A stretch of 62,659 bases of DNA, the filler included, from Sphacelaria rigidula (lineage: Eukaryota), in assembly GCA_964200075.2 (NCBI GenBank). It is 6 parts of 6 records of this genome, joined end to end, with 100 filler letters (N's around TTAATTAATTAA, not from the genome) between each part and the next. Parts side by side here need not be neighbours in the genome. Positions count along the whole stretch, not along the records: positions 41,842 to 52,200 come from CAXNAA020006657.1; positions 52,301 to 62,659 come from CAXNAA020006658.1; 4 more parts are not named here. One strand, written 5' to 3'. A program made the translations under genes and the position numbers. The stretch's first letter is position 1. Every line of letters starts with the position of its first letter. Positions 51,395 through 62,552 of this stretch are shown in pieces. A model generated the notes under the pieces. The model was not told where the DNA came from, made no database searches, and saw nothing but the letters and a program-made list of their open reading frames with translations.

Positions 51395-52200
51395 TAGCTT
51401 TGTGTAGCAATAAATCTACAGACCCCCTGCAGCGTATGTCAAAAACGTGCTCAAGACAACACCCATCTCTTGGACAAAAATCAACGGAATCGTAAAAGAA
51501 CCCTCATAGGAAACCGCCCTGACAAGTGGGGTGAGAATAACTTTGCCGCGAGTATATTGCTCAGCGCAATACTCATCACTTCCCAACATACATTCCCTAC
51601 AACACACCGTCAGTGAAGCCGCAAGCACGGAAACGAAAACCTGAAATCATCACGCGCGCATCGCGCGTACATTCCAATGTCGAAGATTTCGTTCGAGATT
51701 CTAACTCGTGCGCAGAGTCACCCTACTGGCATTGATCCAGAAATTTCCTCAGGCGATAGTCATACGCGATGAAACTATCCACGTGCCTATCGCCTCTCCT
51801 AGCTATAGAACCCACGATGAGAGTTCCCGCCTTCACACTTTATGACGGTCAACTCCACCATCTACTCGTGCCCCTGAAACATCCATACAGCCAGACCACC
51901 ACTGATTCACCCGTCACCGGAACCGCACTTAACGGCAAGACTAATTGCGCAGAATGAAGACATGAAGCCCAATGGAGCGATGGGTAATCATCATTCGACC
52001 CTCTTATCTAGTTTTGTTTTTCCCTTTTTCCAATTAAACATATACGCTACGCTTCCGATTGTTTCGAACGAATTTAGCCCCGCCTTCCGCGGGAAGAACC
52101 CGTGGTGTCAAGGGGGATCAACAGATCTTGCCTGTGACGGTTTAAGAGACAACCCACTAGACTACTACTGACAAGTCAGCGCTGACTTGTCAGTAGTCTA

Positions 52201-52300
52201 NNNNNNNNNNNNNNNNNNNNNNNNNNNNNNNNNNNNNNNNNNNNTTAATTAATTAANNNNNNNNNNNNNNNNNNNNNNNNNNNNNNNNNNNNNNNNNNNN
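52201..52300. other. Artificial contig-join spacer
   Basis: Same pattern. Confidence 0.97.
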
Positions 52301-52665
52301 GGTTCTTTGGTTTTCAGAGTTTATTGGTTGCATATGATACGGGCTCGCCCACCGTGGTCACTTCACTTTCCCGGCCCGTCTCTGGGACCAAGACCTCAAT
52401 AATACAAAACATATTTTTCTCCAGAAGTCACGAGTTTATCGACACAACTGAAATCAGGTATTGTCGCTCGGTTGTTGTCAAGACGCTCACTACAACCGCT
52501 GAGCCACTCAATCTTCCACTCGATCTCATTGTTCGTCCCCGCTTTTCTTCTCCTTCAGCGGGCGTTTCCATTTTGTTCACCTCCGGTACGTATACCTATC
52601 TTGTATCTCATGACCACAGCTGAGTCCGTCCGCGATCAGTTTATGTTGAATGACAAATCATTAGT

Positions 52666-53118
52666 CACACGTCGGACAGATCAGCTCCCTATAGCTCGAG
52701 CTAGCTCTTTTTGAGCGTAGCTCCCTAGTGAGCGATGAAAGCTACATGAGCTACGCATGTTTTTCCCGGGGTGAGCTATGAGAGCTACATGAGCTACGCA
52801 TGTTTACCGTACGTGAGCTACCAACCCGTAGCTCATCAGCTCATATCCGTCCTGGGTGAGCTATGAGAGCTTCATGAGCTGCGCATGTTTGCCCTGGGTG
52901 AGCTACCAGCCCGTAGCTCATCAGCTCATATTCGCCCTGGGTGAGCTATGAGAGCTGCATGAGCTACGCATGTTTGTCCTGGGTGAGCTACCAACTCGTA
53001 GCTCATCAGCGCACGTTCACCTTGTGTTGAGCTATCGGACGTAGCTCACATGTACATGTTTGACTACAAGTGAGCTACCGCCCGCAGATGAGCTAGCTCA
53101 TGAGCTGTCCTACGTGTG
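52666..53118. mobile_element. TIR element filled with AGCT-rich tandem repeats
   Basis: CACACGTCGGACAG / CTGTCCTACGTGTG ends; interior has ~85-bp units (GGGTGAGCTATGAGAGCT..CATGAGCTACGCATGTTT). Confidence 0.7.
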
Positions 53119-53596
53119 CGATTAATTCAATCAGCCCTGACTGAGCGACTCAGTGGTTTGTTGGCACGGTGTAAGAAGATTGAACACTGGAGCTATTTCA
53201 CCGTTTAGGTTTCATGTATTGTCACAGCTTTTCAACATACAAAAAACAACACCGTATGTGTGTCGACCACGGAAATACGGAGGGGGATTGAAAATAAACA
53301 GAACCGTGCATACTTGGGCTTTGCAAATCGGCCCTACATTTTTTTCCTCTACGAACCCTGCGCTTTCACTGACTTCCCCGAGACACGACAATTCATCGAC
53401 TATAAAACTCTTTGAGAGAGGACCGCATTTTTTGTCTGAGGAAAATGCAGTGACGTCATTTTGCTCCAATCTCCCGTTGAACCGATCTCCGATGTTCTGT
53501 GCGTGTCAAAATCGGTTCCATGTAGTCTTCGACGGAGGCCTTGTCTTCCACGTCCGCATAGACCATTTCCTCCCGACTGCTTGAGCCCACGGATTA

Positions 53597-53788
53597 GGGC
53601 CTGCCTTAGCACATCAGTTTTCGATCGAAAAAATGCGGTGGAACACAAGAATCCCGATCTGATAGGCCGTGATTTCAACCATCGGCGTAAATTTTGAAGA
53701 TGGTTGGAGTCACGACCCATCAGATCGGGATTTTTGTTTTCCGCCGCACTTCTTTTTTTATCGAAAAATGATGTGCTTAGACACGGCC
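53597..53788. mobile_element. Tourist-like (PIF/Harbinger) palindromic MITE family E
   Basis: ~190-bp imperfect palindrome with GGGC...GGCC ends and TTA on both sides. Confidence 0.8.
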
Positions 53789-53829
53789 TTAGTCCCGAGG
53801 AAGGGGAGGGAGTGAAAATGTGAAAGAAA

Positions 53830-54035
53830 GAAAAAAAAAGAATATTCACATAGGTATGTTTCTTTTCCTTCTTTTTTCCTTCCACGTCTTAGTCTACTAT
53901 GTTGTCATGTTCTATTTTATCTGCTTTTTTTTTTTCTGCAGCGAGTCTTTCAGTTTTGTTTTGTCTTGGGTAGGTCTAGCATGTAACCACGGCTGGATCT
54001 CCGGGGGGTCAGTTAAGGTGCCACAACCCAATCAC
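53830..54035 (+). repeat. Possible retroposon 3' end: T-rich tract + ACCACGGCTGGATC...TCAGTTAA.GTGC + (AATC)n tail
   Basis: Matches ~2596-2790 on the minus strand and, more weakly, ~10680-10858. Confidence 0.45.
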
Positions 54036-54124
54036 TCGAAATCAAGTATGCGTATGCACACGGTAGTATCTACATATGCCGTCACATATACATGCAGACA
54101 TTTCATGTGCGCTTGAGGACGTAC

Positions 54125-57100
54125 CTGAGCAGATTAATGGTTGGATGCGGCGAGCGCTTCTCGAAGTTGATAACGTCATCTGCATCCAGGCCGTGGAAGG
54201 AGTGCTTCGGGTGAAAACACGCCACTAGGACCTGATCGACCAAAACCTGGCAAAGAAAAAAGCGTGTGCGAATAGGTTTATATATTTGCATGTATACTTC
54301 GAAGTACACAAACACGAAAAATGAACACAGCAATGACGCAGAGACGAAAATCATCGAACAAGGTAAAGGAAGAGAAAGAAAAACCGAACGTCAGCGCTAG
54401 TTCCAAACTAACCGACAATGCATGAAAGCGAAGCGTATACACATACAGGATGCAAAAACGCACACGGAAATACGCACATCAGAACATGACAAAGAAATTG
54501 TTACAACTCCGCTGGCAGAGAGAGATGACAGGCGCCAAGAGGTGACGCGGAGCAAAATAACCCTAATATTTACGACAAGAGCCGCTTTAACGGATGAGAA
54601 AACGCGACATCATCTCCGAAATTTGCGATGCCGACCACTTTCCAAGACCGCTTCATGAAAAAAAAAACAGATGCGGAAAGATTGCACTACTGGTGGGTTC
54701 AAATCTCGGAGCGATCTGGGATTTATTCTCACACAGTGCCCACCAGTGGAGAGCGTTTATGTTGTGGGTACACGTAATTCGACTTCATGGTCGACGAGTG
54801 AAAGGGGCTGCTGACCCACTCTCGCGATAAAAAAATAGAGGCAAGCACCGTAGAAGGAAGGTGAGGCACTAAAAAAAATGAAAAATAAAAACTCCTGTGT
54901 TGGTCTTCTTCCTGTGTGACCTCGGCTGGTGCCGCCCACATATACCGAAAGGTGTAGACCGGTGTCCAGAATAGATGGGACGACAACACACACACGACGT
55001 CATTTTCCATTTCGATATACGACTCCATTTCCGATTGGAAGGTCTGCGCTCGGTACTGCTGCTTGTTTGACATCCGCCTAGGTCCTCATTGCACACGCCA
55101 TGAAATAACTACCCCGCACTGTACACATGACCTGCTATTATTCTCCAAGGTGACCATGGCGGTGTCCGGCGCTGCGGCAGCATTGCTGGGAGACGAAATG
55201 GGATGCGGAGAATCTCGAGACCCCAATCATGAAACTACAGTAGTTTTTTTCAGCGTAACTAGGGGAGACTTAAAATCTTGAGTTTTGATTTTGATTTTAG
55301 TATGGAATAGGAAGGAGTCTCTAGTTGCGCCGCACTTTTTTTATTGAGAATGGCATGCAATCGATCGAACATGTATGAGAGTGCAGGGATCCCCTTGTCG
55401 GAGGAAAGATATTACGTGAATCGTCATCGCCTGGGGCAGCTGCGAACCCTTGCCGACAGGGGAAAGGTGGGTGACCGGGTCGTCGACCACGGTGTGGTCA
55501 ACGAACTTGAAGTAGAGATGATGACTCTCATGCGGCAACGAAAACGCTTGTTGCGCAAACACCCTGTTTTGTCACAGATCCGGGGTACTACAGTAGAAAA
55601 TGACACTTGTATGCGTACGACAGAAACCAGATGATGTCTGGAAACAAACAAAAAAAGCGAATCGGAAAGAGTGCCGTGTCGAGCACAAACAAGAGGAATA
55701 AACATCCATGGTAGGTAAGGATAAAACGGGCCGTTACCCGACCGAACTTAGGGGGTACTCATTTGTTGCTTGCCTTAGTCATTTGACCATTGACCACGCA
55801 TCCCTTTCGAGACGGAGCAAGTTCGGGGTCCACCGAGGGCACATCGTCGACAAGCCCGTGCGCCCCGGTGTCGGCGTTTCCGGACCTGTACTCGCAGTCG
55901 CTGCTACATTGTGGTACACTGCGGTAGGTACGCCAAACCCGCAAAAAAAAAACACTTTCATCGGGGTTAGAACCGCTTTCTGGTGGTGATTTCGGACGCC
56001 TATGACTGTGCCACCTGCCCATGACCACCACCGATACCCCACAGGTGAGCACCAGCCCAGATAGCAACCTGATAGGCTGCTCGTCGACATGCCTCATCTC
56101 CGGGAGCCAGGCCCTCAGAAGAAACCGCCGGTGGGACAAGAAGCTCTCATAGCTGAGCTAAGGGGCGGGCGTTCTCGAAGCCGGAAGAATAGGGTGCAGG
56201 GTCGAAATTTTATTTCTGGGTGGGGGCTTGTCTTAGCGCGTTAGTTATCGATCGAAAAATGCGGTGGAAAACAAAAATCCCGATCTGACAGGTCGTAATT
56301 TCAACCATCGTCGTTAATTTTGAATATGGTTGAAATCACGACCTATCAGATCGGGATTTTTGTTTTCCACCGGACTTCTTCGATCGAAAAGTGATGGGCT
56401 AGGACACGGCCTGAGCGGGATGCACCAGGACTGTACAGCAGAAGAACCCACAGTGAACGGAGAAATCATGCAGCTCCCCCTGAACGCACAATGATGTACT
56501 GGTGTCACGTAAACAACGCTCGCAGGTCCGTATCCGACACATGCAGGATACTGCACGCTCGACCCTCCGTGTCACCTGTTCACCCCGCAGGGTCCCACTG
56601 ACCGCGAGCAACCATCGGGTAAAACAGATGACGTTCTGAGGCTACTGTACACCCTACGATGCCTGTAGATGCAGCGCTCTTGAGGTGGTGACGCCACGCC
56701 ACCACCTCGAAGTCGCACAGTGCAGTAAGGTGTACCGACCCCGGCGTGCTCCGTCCCGGCTTTGTAGGGATGCGAGGTCAATGTTCATATGACTTATGGC
56801 ATGCGAGATCATGAGCACCCGCCCGCCCGCCCCCGCGCGCACCGGACCGGACCGGACCGGACCGTGTAGTTCGTGATCTGTGTGCATACCATAGCATGTG
56901 ATCACGGTAGAAAACACCCCCGTCTAGAAAATGTGCATGTTGTACAGTACACACAGCCATCCACCGTCACCCCACATTCCCCCGCCACACCCGCCCTTCA
57001 TACACCGTGCGACGGCAATCCACTGTCACCCCACGGTAAGACGTGATCAACAGTTTTGCAATCGCGGTGAAGCGTATCGCCCACGACATCATCTCCGACA

Positions 57101-60100
57101 ACAGACTGGAACTACACGTGGGCGAGCTCGCCAACGATGTCTGCAGCCTGCGAGCTGCTCGCTAGGCAAGCGGAAGTCCTATTACAGGCGACGATTTGCG
57201 GACGATCCCACAAAGAGCAGATGCCGCCGCTGATCATCCCGTGGGGAGGGGGAAACGTCAGCGTGTACAGCTGTCGCCACCTGGGATAATTCTCGGGGAC
57301 GGGAGCAGCGAAGAATAATGGGGGGAGGGCGCGGGGTCCACAGGCAACAGGGAGAACGCTGATTTCCAACGGCCCAAGGACTGCGGGAGTAGGGGAGACG
57401 GGAAAGTGCTGTGGCCACCGCTGGTGCCCAAGCGGCGGCAATGCAGAGGAGTTCATCCCTCTGTGGCGCGGCAGGCGCCGCGGCGGGTTGTGGCGGCGGT
57501 GACGTCCAGTCCCTGCCGAAGGGGGTGAGGGGGCCCTCCGCTTCGCCAACGGTGAGATCAACCGTCACAGCGTCGGCAACTGTGGCGTCAGATGTCTTGC
57601 ATGTGCCAGAGACTCCACGCGATGCGGCAGGTACTGTAGGAGTGATCCGAAGATGCTTCTACGGCGGACTGAGGAGAAACCCTGAGCCCGGAGGAGGCGT
57701 ACGGCGGAGTTGGCGACTTGGTGGCGCCCTAAACACTTTTCAAGGGCGTGTCGGGTATACCCGATATTGTGGTATTGTGTGAAAGTGGAGATGCGACCCA
57801 TGCCCACACCAGCAGCCAGCCCAGTGCTGCTATTCCCCTCACTAGAGCCCATAAAAGTCACGATCAATTACTCGGGCAGGTGATGCTCGACTTTCTGAAA
57901 TACCACAATGCCGGGTATACCCTACCTACGCCGGTCGCCTCGGTGGCTCAGTTGGTAGCCTCGTTACCGTCCGACGGTTGGGTCGTGGGTTCGAATCTCG
58001 GTGCAGTCACACGATCAGGGATTTTTTCACACACCATGCCCAACAGTGGAAAGCGACCATGTCGTGGGTAGACAAAATTCGCGACGAGGGAAAGGGACTG
58101 CTGAAACCCTCTCGAGATAAAAGAATAAGGCGAGCACCGCCGAATGGAGGGGAAAACTCTTGTGTTGGCCTTCCTTCTGTGTGACCCCGGCTGATGCGCC
58201 CATGTTTATCGGAAGGTGTAGACTGGCGTGCCGAATAGATGGGGATGACAACACACACCACACAACACACACACCCTACCCGACCTGGTCTTGTTACTTT
58301 TTTACCCAGCTCACCGCGTCTTGCTCTATAGTCTCTTCAAGCCATTGGCAAAAGTCATTCCAATCTTCCAACTCGCTCAGGCAGTTTGGTGCAATCAGCA
58401 GCGTCGTCCCCACCTCCTGGGGAACACAATAAAATACACGAATTAAAAAAAAGGGGGGGGGAGAAAGAAAAAAACAAAATACATCGATTCAGCTGACTCA
58501 TTCGCAAGTTCGACCAAGCAAAGGTCATTCCATCAGAAAGAGAAAGAGAGAGAGAGAGATAATTATTTCTCTTCTGCATAGAAACGAAACGGCACACAGC
58601 AAGCGGATTATTTTTTCATCATCATTATTTATTTTGAAAACTGCACTCTTTTGTTTTGCATCATTTTATTTTTTCATGATGACCCCCTTTTTTTAGTTTA
58701 GTTTCACCTAGTGTTTTCCATTTGTTTACCTTCAGTACAAGCATGTCTATCTTTGTAGCTACGGCGGAATCACTCGGGGATGACTTCATGTGCAACAATC
58801 AATCACACGTCGGACAGACGATGATCCGTCGGAAATGACGAATAAAATAAAATAAACTCTGATCCGTTGGTCGAAAAACACAAAGTAATAATAATATGTG
58901 ACGGCGGAGTCAAAAAAGTCAAGGTGCAACCTTCGCGCTACTCGGCATCCGGCGCTGTAGGGAGCAAACTTGGAAAAAGGGGGGGGCAAATGATCCAGAT
59001 CAAGATCCGGATCAGTATACTGGAAGGAAGTAATTTTCAGACGGATCATGATCTGTCCCACGTGTGCAAGATCAATCAATCAATCAATCAATCGATCAAT
59101 CAATCAGCCAATAAATGAATGAATCAACCCCGCTGAGGAAAGAAGCCAAGGATGTGCATGGTTGGATCTTCGCATAGGCTTTGCAGCAGTGTTTCAACAG
59201 GGCATTAGAGACTGATCTGGGGACTGTTCTCGCTGAATGAACAACCTTCCACGGTTCGAACAAATCATCGTCGGTTGAATCACCAACTCCACGATTTTTC
59301 AAGCCTGATTGCTCGAAATAGAGAAAAACGTCGACCGATAGTCAAAAAATGTTCCCGCGCAACTTTCGCGCCATTCCGCGTGCCCGTGCTGCGCGTGCCT
59401 GGGTTGCAATGCTGAAAACAAAGTCTAAGGACAAAAATCAAGTGATTTCCACACGAATCATTTATTCGTCCGACCCGTGCAACCTTTATAGCAGCGGTCT
59501 CCATTCCAATATCCCTCAAAATCAAACAAAAATCCACAGCCTGGACAATCACAATGTACGGTCAATAGTGGCAATAGACAAAAATAGTACTGCGTAAAGT
59601 ATAGGCGTATTGCACTTATTCTCAACTTTTGTCAGCCGACAATTGGTGAGAATACGCCTCTACTTTACGCAGTACATTTTGGTCGATTGCAACTATTGAC
59701 CATATAGCCCACAATAGGTGCAATAGGCCCATACTTTACGCAGTACATTTTTGTCGATTGCAACTGTTGACCATATACTGTCCAGGGTATGCAAAAATCT
59801 AAGCAGCAGCAACTGCAGCAATAGCTCACCTCTCGGGTACGCTGCACGAGGAATTCCACTTCTTTCAAGAAATCGAACCACAGGCCGTCCGAGTCTTCCG
59901 CCGCGGAAACCACGTATCGCACCCCGTTCTCCACGCTGAAAACACCTTCGGCGAAAGGACAAAGCTTAAATCGCACAACCACGTCTCTTACCCAGGCCGT
60001 TGCCTGCTTCGTTATTGCACGCGTGCCGACGTAAACAACCAACCAATCAACAAAAAAAAACGAAAAAATTATAACACAAGAGTTTTTTTTATTGTGCTCG

Positions 60101-62349
60101 CGTGAGTCAAAAGACGGGAGCAACAAGGACCTACTATGATAAAGCATTGAAAGAAAATGCAGAGGGAAAAAAAAGTGAACGCAGTTCGGGCAACAAGTGA
60201 GTAAATACAGGGCTAAGCTTTCACGACTGTACAAAAATACTGGATGAGTCAAGCAGCCTGTGAGTCAGTATTTCCGGTCGGGGGGTATGTTGAGCGACTA
60301 GTGATACGGCCGAAGAGGGGAATGGATGATACAGTGCTGACCGCCGCGTTCTGGTCTAGTAGACACCGTTAATTTATGAAGAAGCTGTTCTCTTTTGGTC
60401 ATACTCCAAACCCCTCCCTTTCCTCGGGACGAGTCCGTGGTCTCAAGGGATCAATCGATCTCCCCTCGCCGGGACATCCTCTGGTTTTTGACCTCGCGGA
60501 TTGGATCATGACCATCAGCACTCCCGTACCGCGTCAACTCTGATCAAACAAACCCAAGGAGTGATGCCACGGTAGGGGTACACAAATATTTTCTGAGGTT
60601 AGAATTGTTAGGAGCCCTTCATCTCATCCNNNNNNNNNNACGACTTATGAAAATATGCGAGAGTACGCCAGGATTACTATTCCAATGTGCTGGGGACATC
60701 CCCAATACATGTGTAAACCGGGATGCTCTGACCCATATTCTTGTGCGTCTAGATCTTCAGGAGTCCCTGAACCAGACAAAATTTGGGGAAAAAAGTGCAC
60801 CCCTACCATAGCATTGCTCCAAGTCAAACTTTTTTTCTTCTTTTTTAGAATCACTCCTCCTCACGCTTTCAACATAACATACTTTGAACAACCAAAAACA
60901 CCAAATGTATCTGCCCGGGATCGAACCCAACAAACAAACGTCGACCGTTCGATATTCTGACAGCTACGGTATGTGTTTTACGTCGTTGAAAACGTGAAGA
61001 CGTGAGTAGCAAAGAAGAAAAACTGACGGGAGTCATGATCCAATCAATCCGCGATATCAAAATGCCAGGCGTGTACCAGGGGGGAGGGGTACTCATGATC
61101 TTGCATGCCATAGTCATATGACCATTGACCTCGCATCCCTACAAAGCCGGGACGGAGCACGCCGGGTTCTCGCCGGACCAGGCTGACGTGTGTGTGGGGG
61201 GATACTCTTTTGTTGCTTGCCTTAGTCGTTTGACCATTGACTACGCATCCCTCGCGAGACGGACAAATGAAAGCACATGAATGTACCGGCGAGGGGGGAC
61301 GATGGGTTGATCACCCAGGACCACGAATTCGACCTGTGGAAGAGGAGGGGGGGGGGGTGTACTCATGATCATGCATGCCATAGTCATAAGACCACTGACC
61401 TCGCGGGGGGGGATTGGGTGATCGCCCAGGACCACGAATTTAGCCCGTGAAAAGGGAGGGGTTGAACGTATGAAGACGGAAAAATGAATAAAGCACTGCG
61501 AAAATCGTGTCGTATATACTGTGACCTCACAAAAGCCGTCAGGTCGGTGCTTGTAGACTGATGACCCTGTTTTTGTACGCATTTCAGTGTGGGTGCAGTG
61601 CGCAAGGATACGTCATGCTGTTGGGGTGCGCATGATAGTTCTTGCAAATGGGTTAGACAGGCCCAGCCAACCCTATGAGATGAGGAGAAACATGGGGGAA
61701 AAATAGCGCTCGATATGGGGTGTAGTCTTCTTCAGACGGTATCAATATGAGGTGAAATGCCAAGCTGTAGGATCGGAACGATCGGCGTGCGTACGTTAGT
61801 TCAGAGGCATACACCTACCACACCGGGACGGCACACAGGCATAAGTGACTGAAAGCCTGTTCTCGAGAACGGAAGGAAATCTTGGTTTCTTCGTTGGATG
61901 CAGTCACACTACAGAGTCGGCGGACGTGCTATGCCATATACAGCAGGTAAAGGTGGCCCTATGCGAAGTTGGATATTGCCAAGCCTCGAAAGCATACTAT
62001 GTATGGGTCAGCATACCTGACTCAGAGATTGTCTCCAGACTAGAGCCAAGCGATTACAACGCCGGTGCACCAGCAAGAAAAATACTTTATACATAGAGAG
62101 ACACGCACTTTACATATGAGCTGTCTATCATGCCGACACGAAAATAAAAATAACAATCGACGGAACCCATGCAAAATAACGACTAGTTACTGCCTGTAGC
62201 GAACTGCCACAAACGAAGCACGACTAAAATGAACATGTCCGACCTGCCTGATAACCCTTCCCGCCGCGACATCATCCTTGCCCTCCTGTTCGTCCCCTTT
62301 TCGCAATGCGTCCGGTATCTCCGGAGGGGTGGCCGGAGCATCCCGTGAT
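54125..62349 (-). CDS. Spliced DUF1415-family protein, partial
   Basis: Exons 62349-62244, 60003-59830, 58416-58315 and 54246-54125 are CAG/GT-bounded and in phase. They give RVIRQATAWVRDVVVRFKLCPFA...VRYVVS...EVGTTLLIAPNCL...DWNDF...VACFHPKHSFHGLDADDVINFEKRSPHPTINLLR, matching DUF1415 motifs as I recall them (WV..VV...LCPFA, TTLL, FHP, RSPYP..HLLR). Confidence 0.85.
54693..54995 (+). mobile_element. SINE family A copy, 5'-truncated at the B box
   Basis: Begins GTGGGTTCAAATCTCGGAGCG and matches through to the CA tail. Confidence 0.8.
55754..55819 (-). mobile_element. Family C copy
   Basis: Reverse complement of the C consensus after GGGGG; flanks AACTTAGGGG / AAGTTCGGGG resemble a decayed TSD. 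Confidence 0.75.
56224..56411. mobile_element. MITE family E copy
   Basis: Colinear palindrome (CGATCGAAAAATGCGGTGG...GGTTGAAATCACGACC). Confidence 0.75.
56741..56820 (+). mobile_element. Family B core-only copy
   Basis: CCGGCGTGCTCCGTCCC...GGGATGCGAGGTCAATG...ATGAGCACCC, then a C-rich run. Confidence 0.75.
57930..58273 (+). mobile_element. tRNA-headed SINE family A, full-length copy
   Basis: GCCGGTCGCC start, Pol III A box TGGCTCAGTTGG, B box GGTTCGAATC, ~340-bp body and (CA)n tail; possible TSD ACCCTACC on both sides; homologous to four other copies. Confidence 0.85.
58804..59066. mobile_element. TIR element with the same termini and a GATC-rich interior, within (CAAT)n
   Basis: CACACGTCGGACAGA / TCTGTCCCACGTGTG; (AATC)n on both flanks. 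Confidence 0.65.
59559..59773. mobile_element. TA-flanked MITE with ~60-bp TIRs and an internally duplicated TIR segment
   Basis: 59559-59620 is the reverse complement of ~59712-59773; a direct copy of the right TIR lies at 59661-59703. Confidence 0.6.
60411..60930 (-). mobile_element. SINE family D copy interrupted by a MITE
   Basis: 3' half at 60411-60555 matches family D; B box GGTTCGATCCC near 60917-60928; MITE at 60559-60819 lies within it. Confidence 0.6.
60559..60819. mobile_element. MITE family I (Sola2-like: GRG..CYC ends, 4-bp TSD)
   Basis: ~25-bp TIR GAGTGATGCCACGGTAGGGGTACAC / GTGCACCCCTACCATAGCATTGCTC; TSD CAAG. Confidence 0.75.
61031..61462. mobile_element. Cluster of family D 3' fragments (+) with family B (61089-61184, 61357-61404) and family C (61201-61263) copies (-)
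   Basis: Each B/C copy begins immediately after a G-run; two of these G-runs end D-like fragments. Confidence 0.7.
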
Positions 62350-62400
62350 CTGAGTAGGTTGAGTTGAAAAAACAATCCAAGCGTCGATTGCATGGGGGGG

Positions 62401-62552
62401 GTGTACTCATGATCCTGCATGCCATCGTCATCAGGCCATTGACCTCGCATCCCTACAGAGCCGAGACGGAGCACGTCGGGTTTTCGCCAGACCAGGTTCG
62501 CAATCACCAAGCGCGAAGCGCCGTGATGTATTCGGCGAGTCGCATGAAGGGT
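62401..62552 (-). mobile_element. Structured retroposon-like family B, 5'-truncated copy with TSD
   Basis: Flanked by the direct repeat GCGTCGATTG(CAT/TA)Gn at 62381-62400 and 62553 onward; ends ...CATGAGTACAC against a C-run. Confidence 0.8.

Noticed and set aside
52164-52197. Perfect 34-bp palindrome, resembling a hairpin-telomere or recombination site
   Set aside because: Lies at the extreme contig end, is single-copy here, and may be an assembly or library fold-back artefact.
53455-53576. Candidate last exon of the DUF1415 gene (SREEMVYADVEDK...)
   Set aside because: Phase-compatible, but the acceptor context is weak and there is no recognisable similarity to the expected C-terminus.
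57930-58010. Functional tRNA gene
   Set aside because: A/B boxes are present but there is no clean cloverleaf, and the head is fused to a multi-copy SINE body; the same holds for family D heads.
62401-62490. Hammerhead ribozyme in family B (CTGATGA, GAAA and GTC on the minus strand)
   Set aside because: CTGATGA is not conserved across copies (CATATGA, CTTATGA, CAAATGA), and stems I and III cannot form around the motifs.
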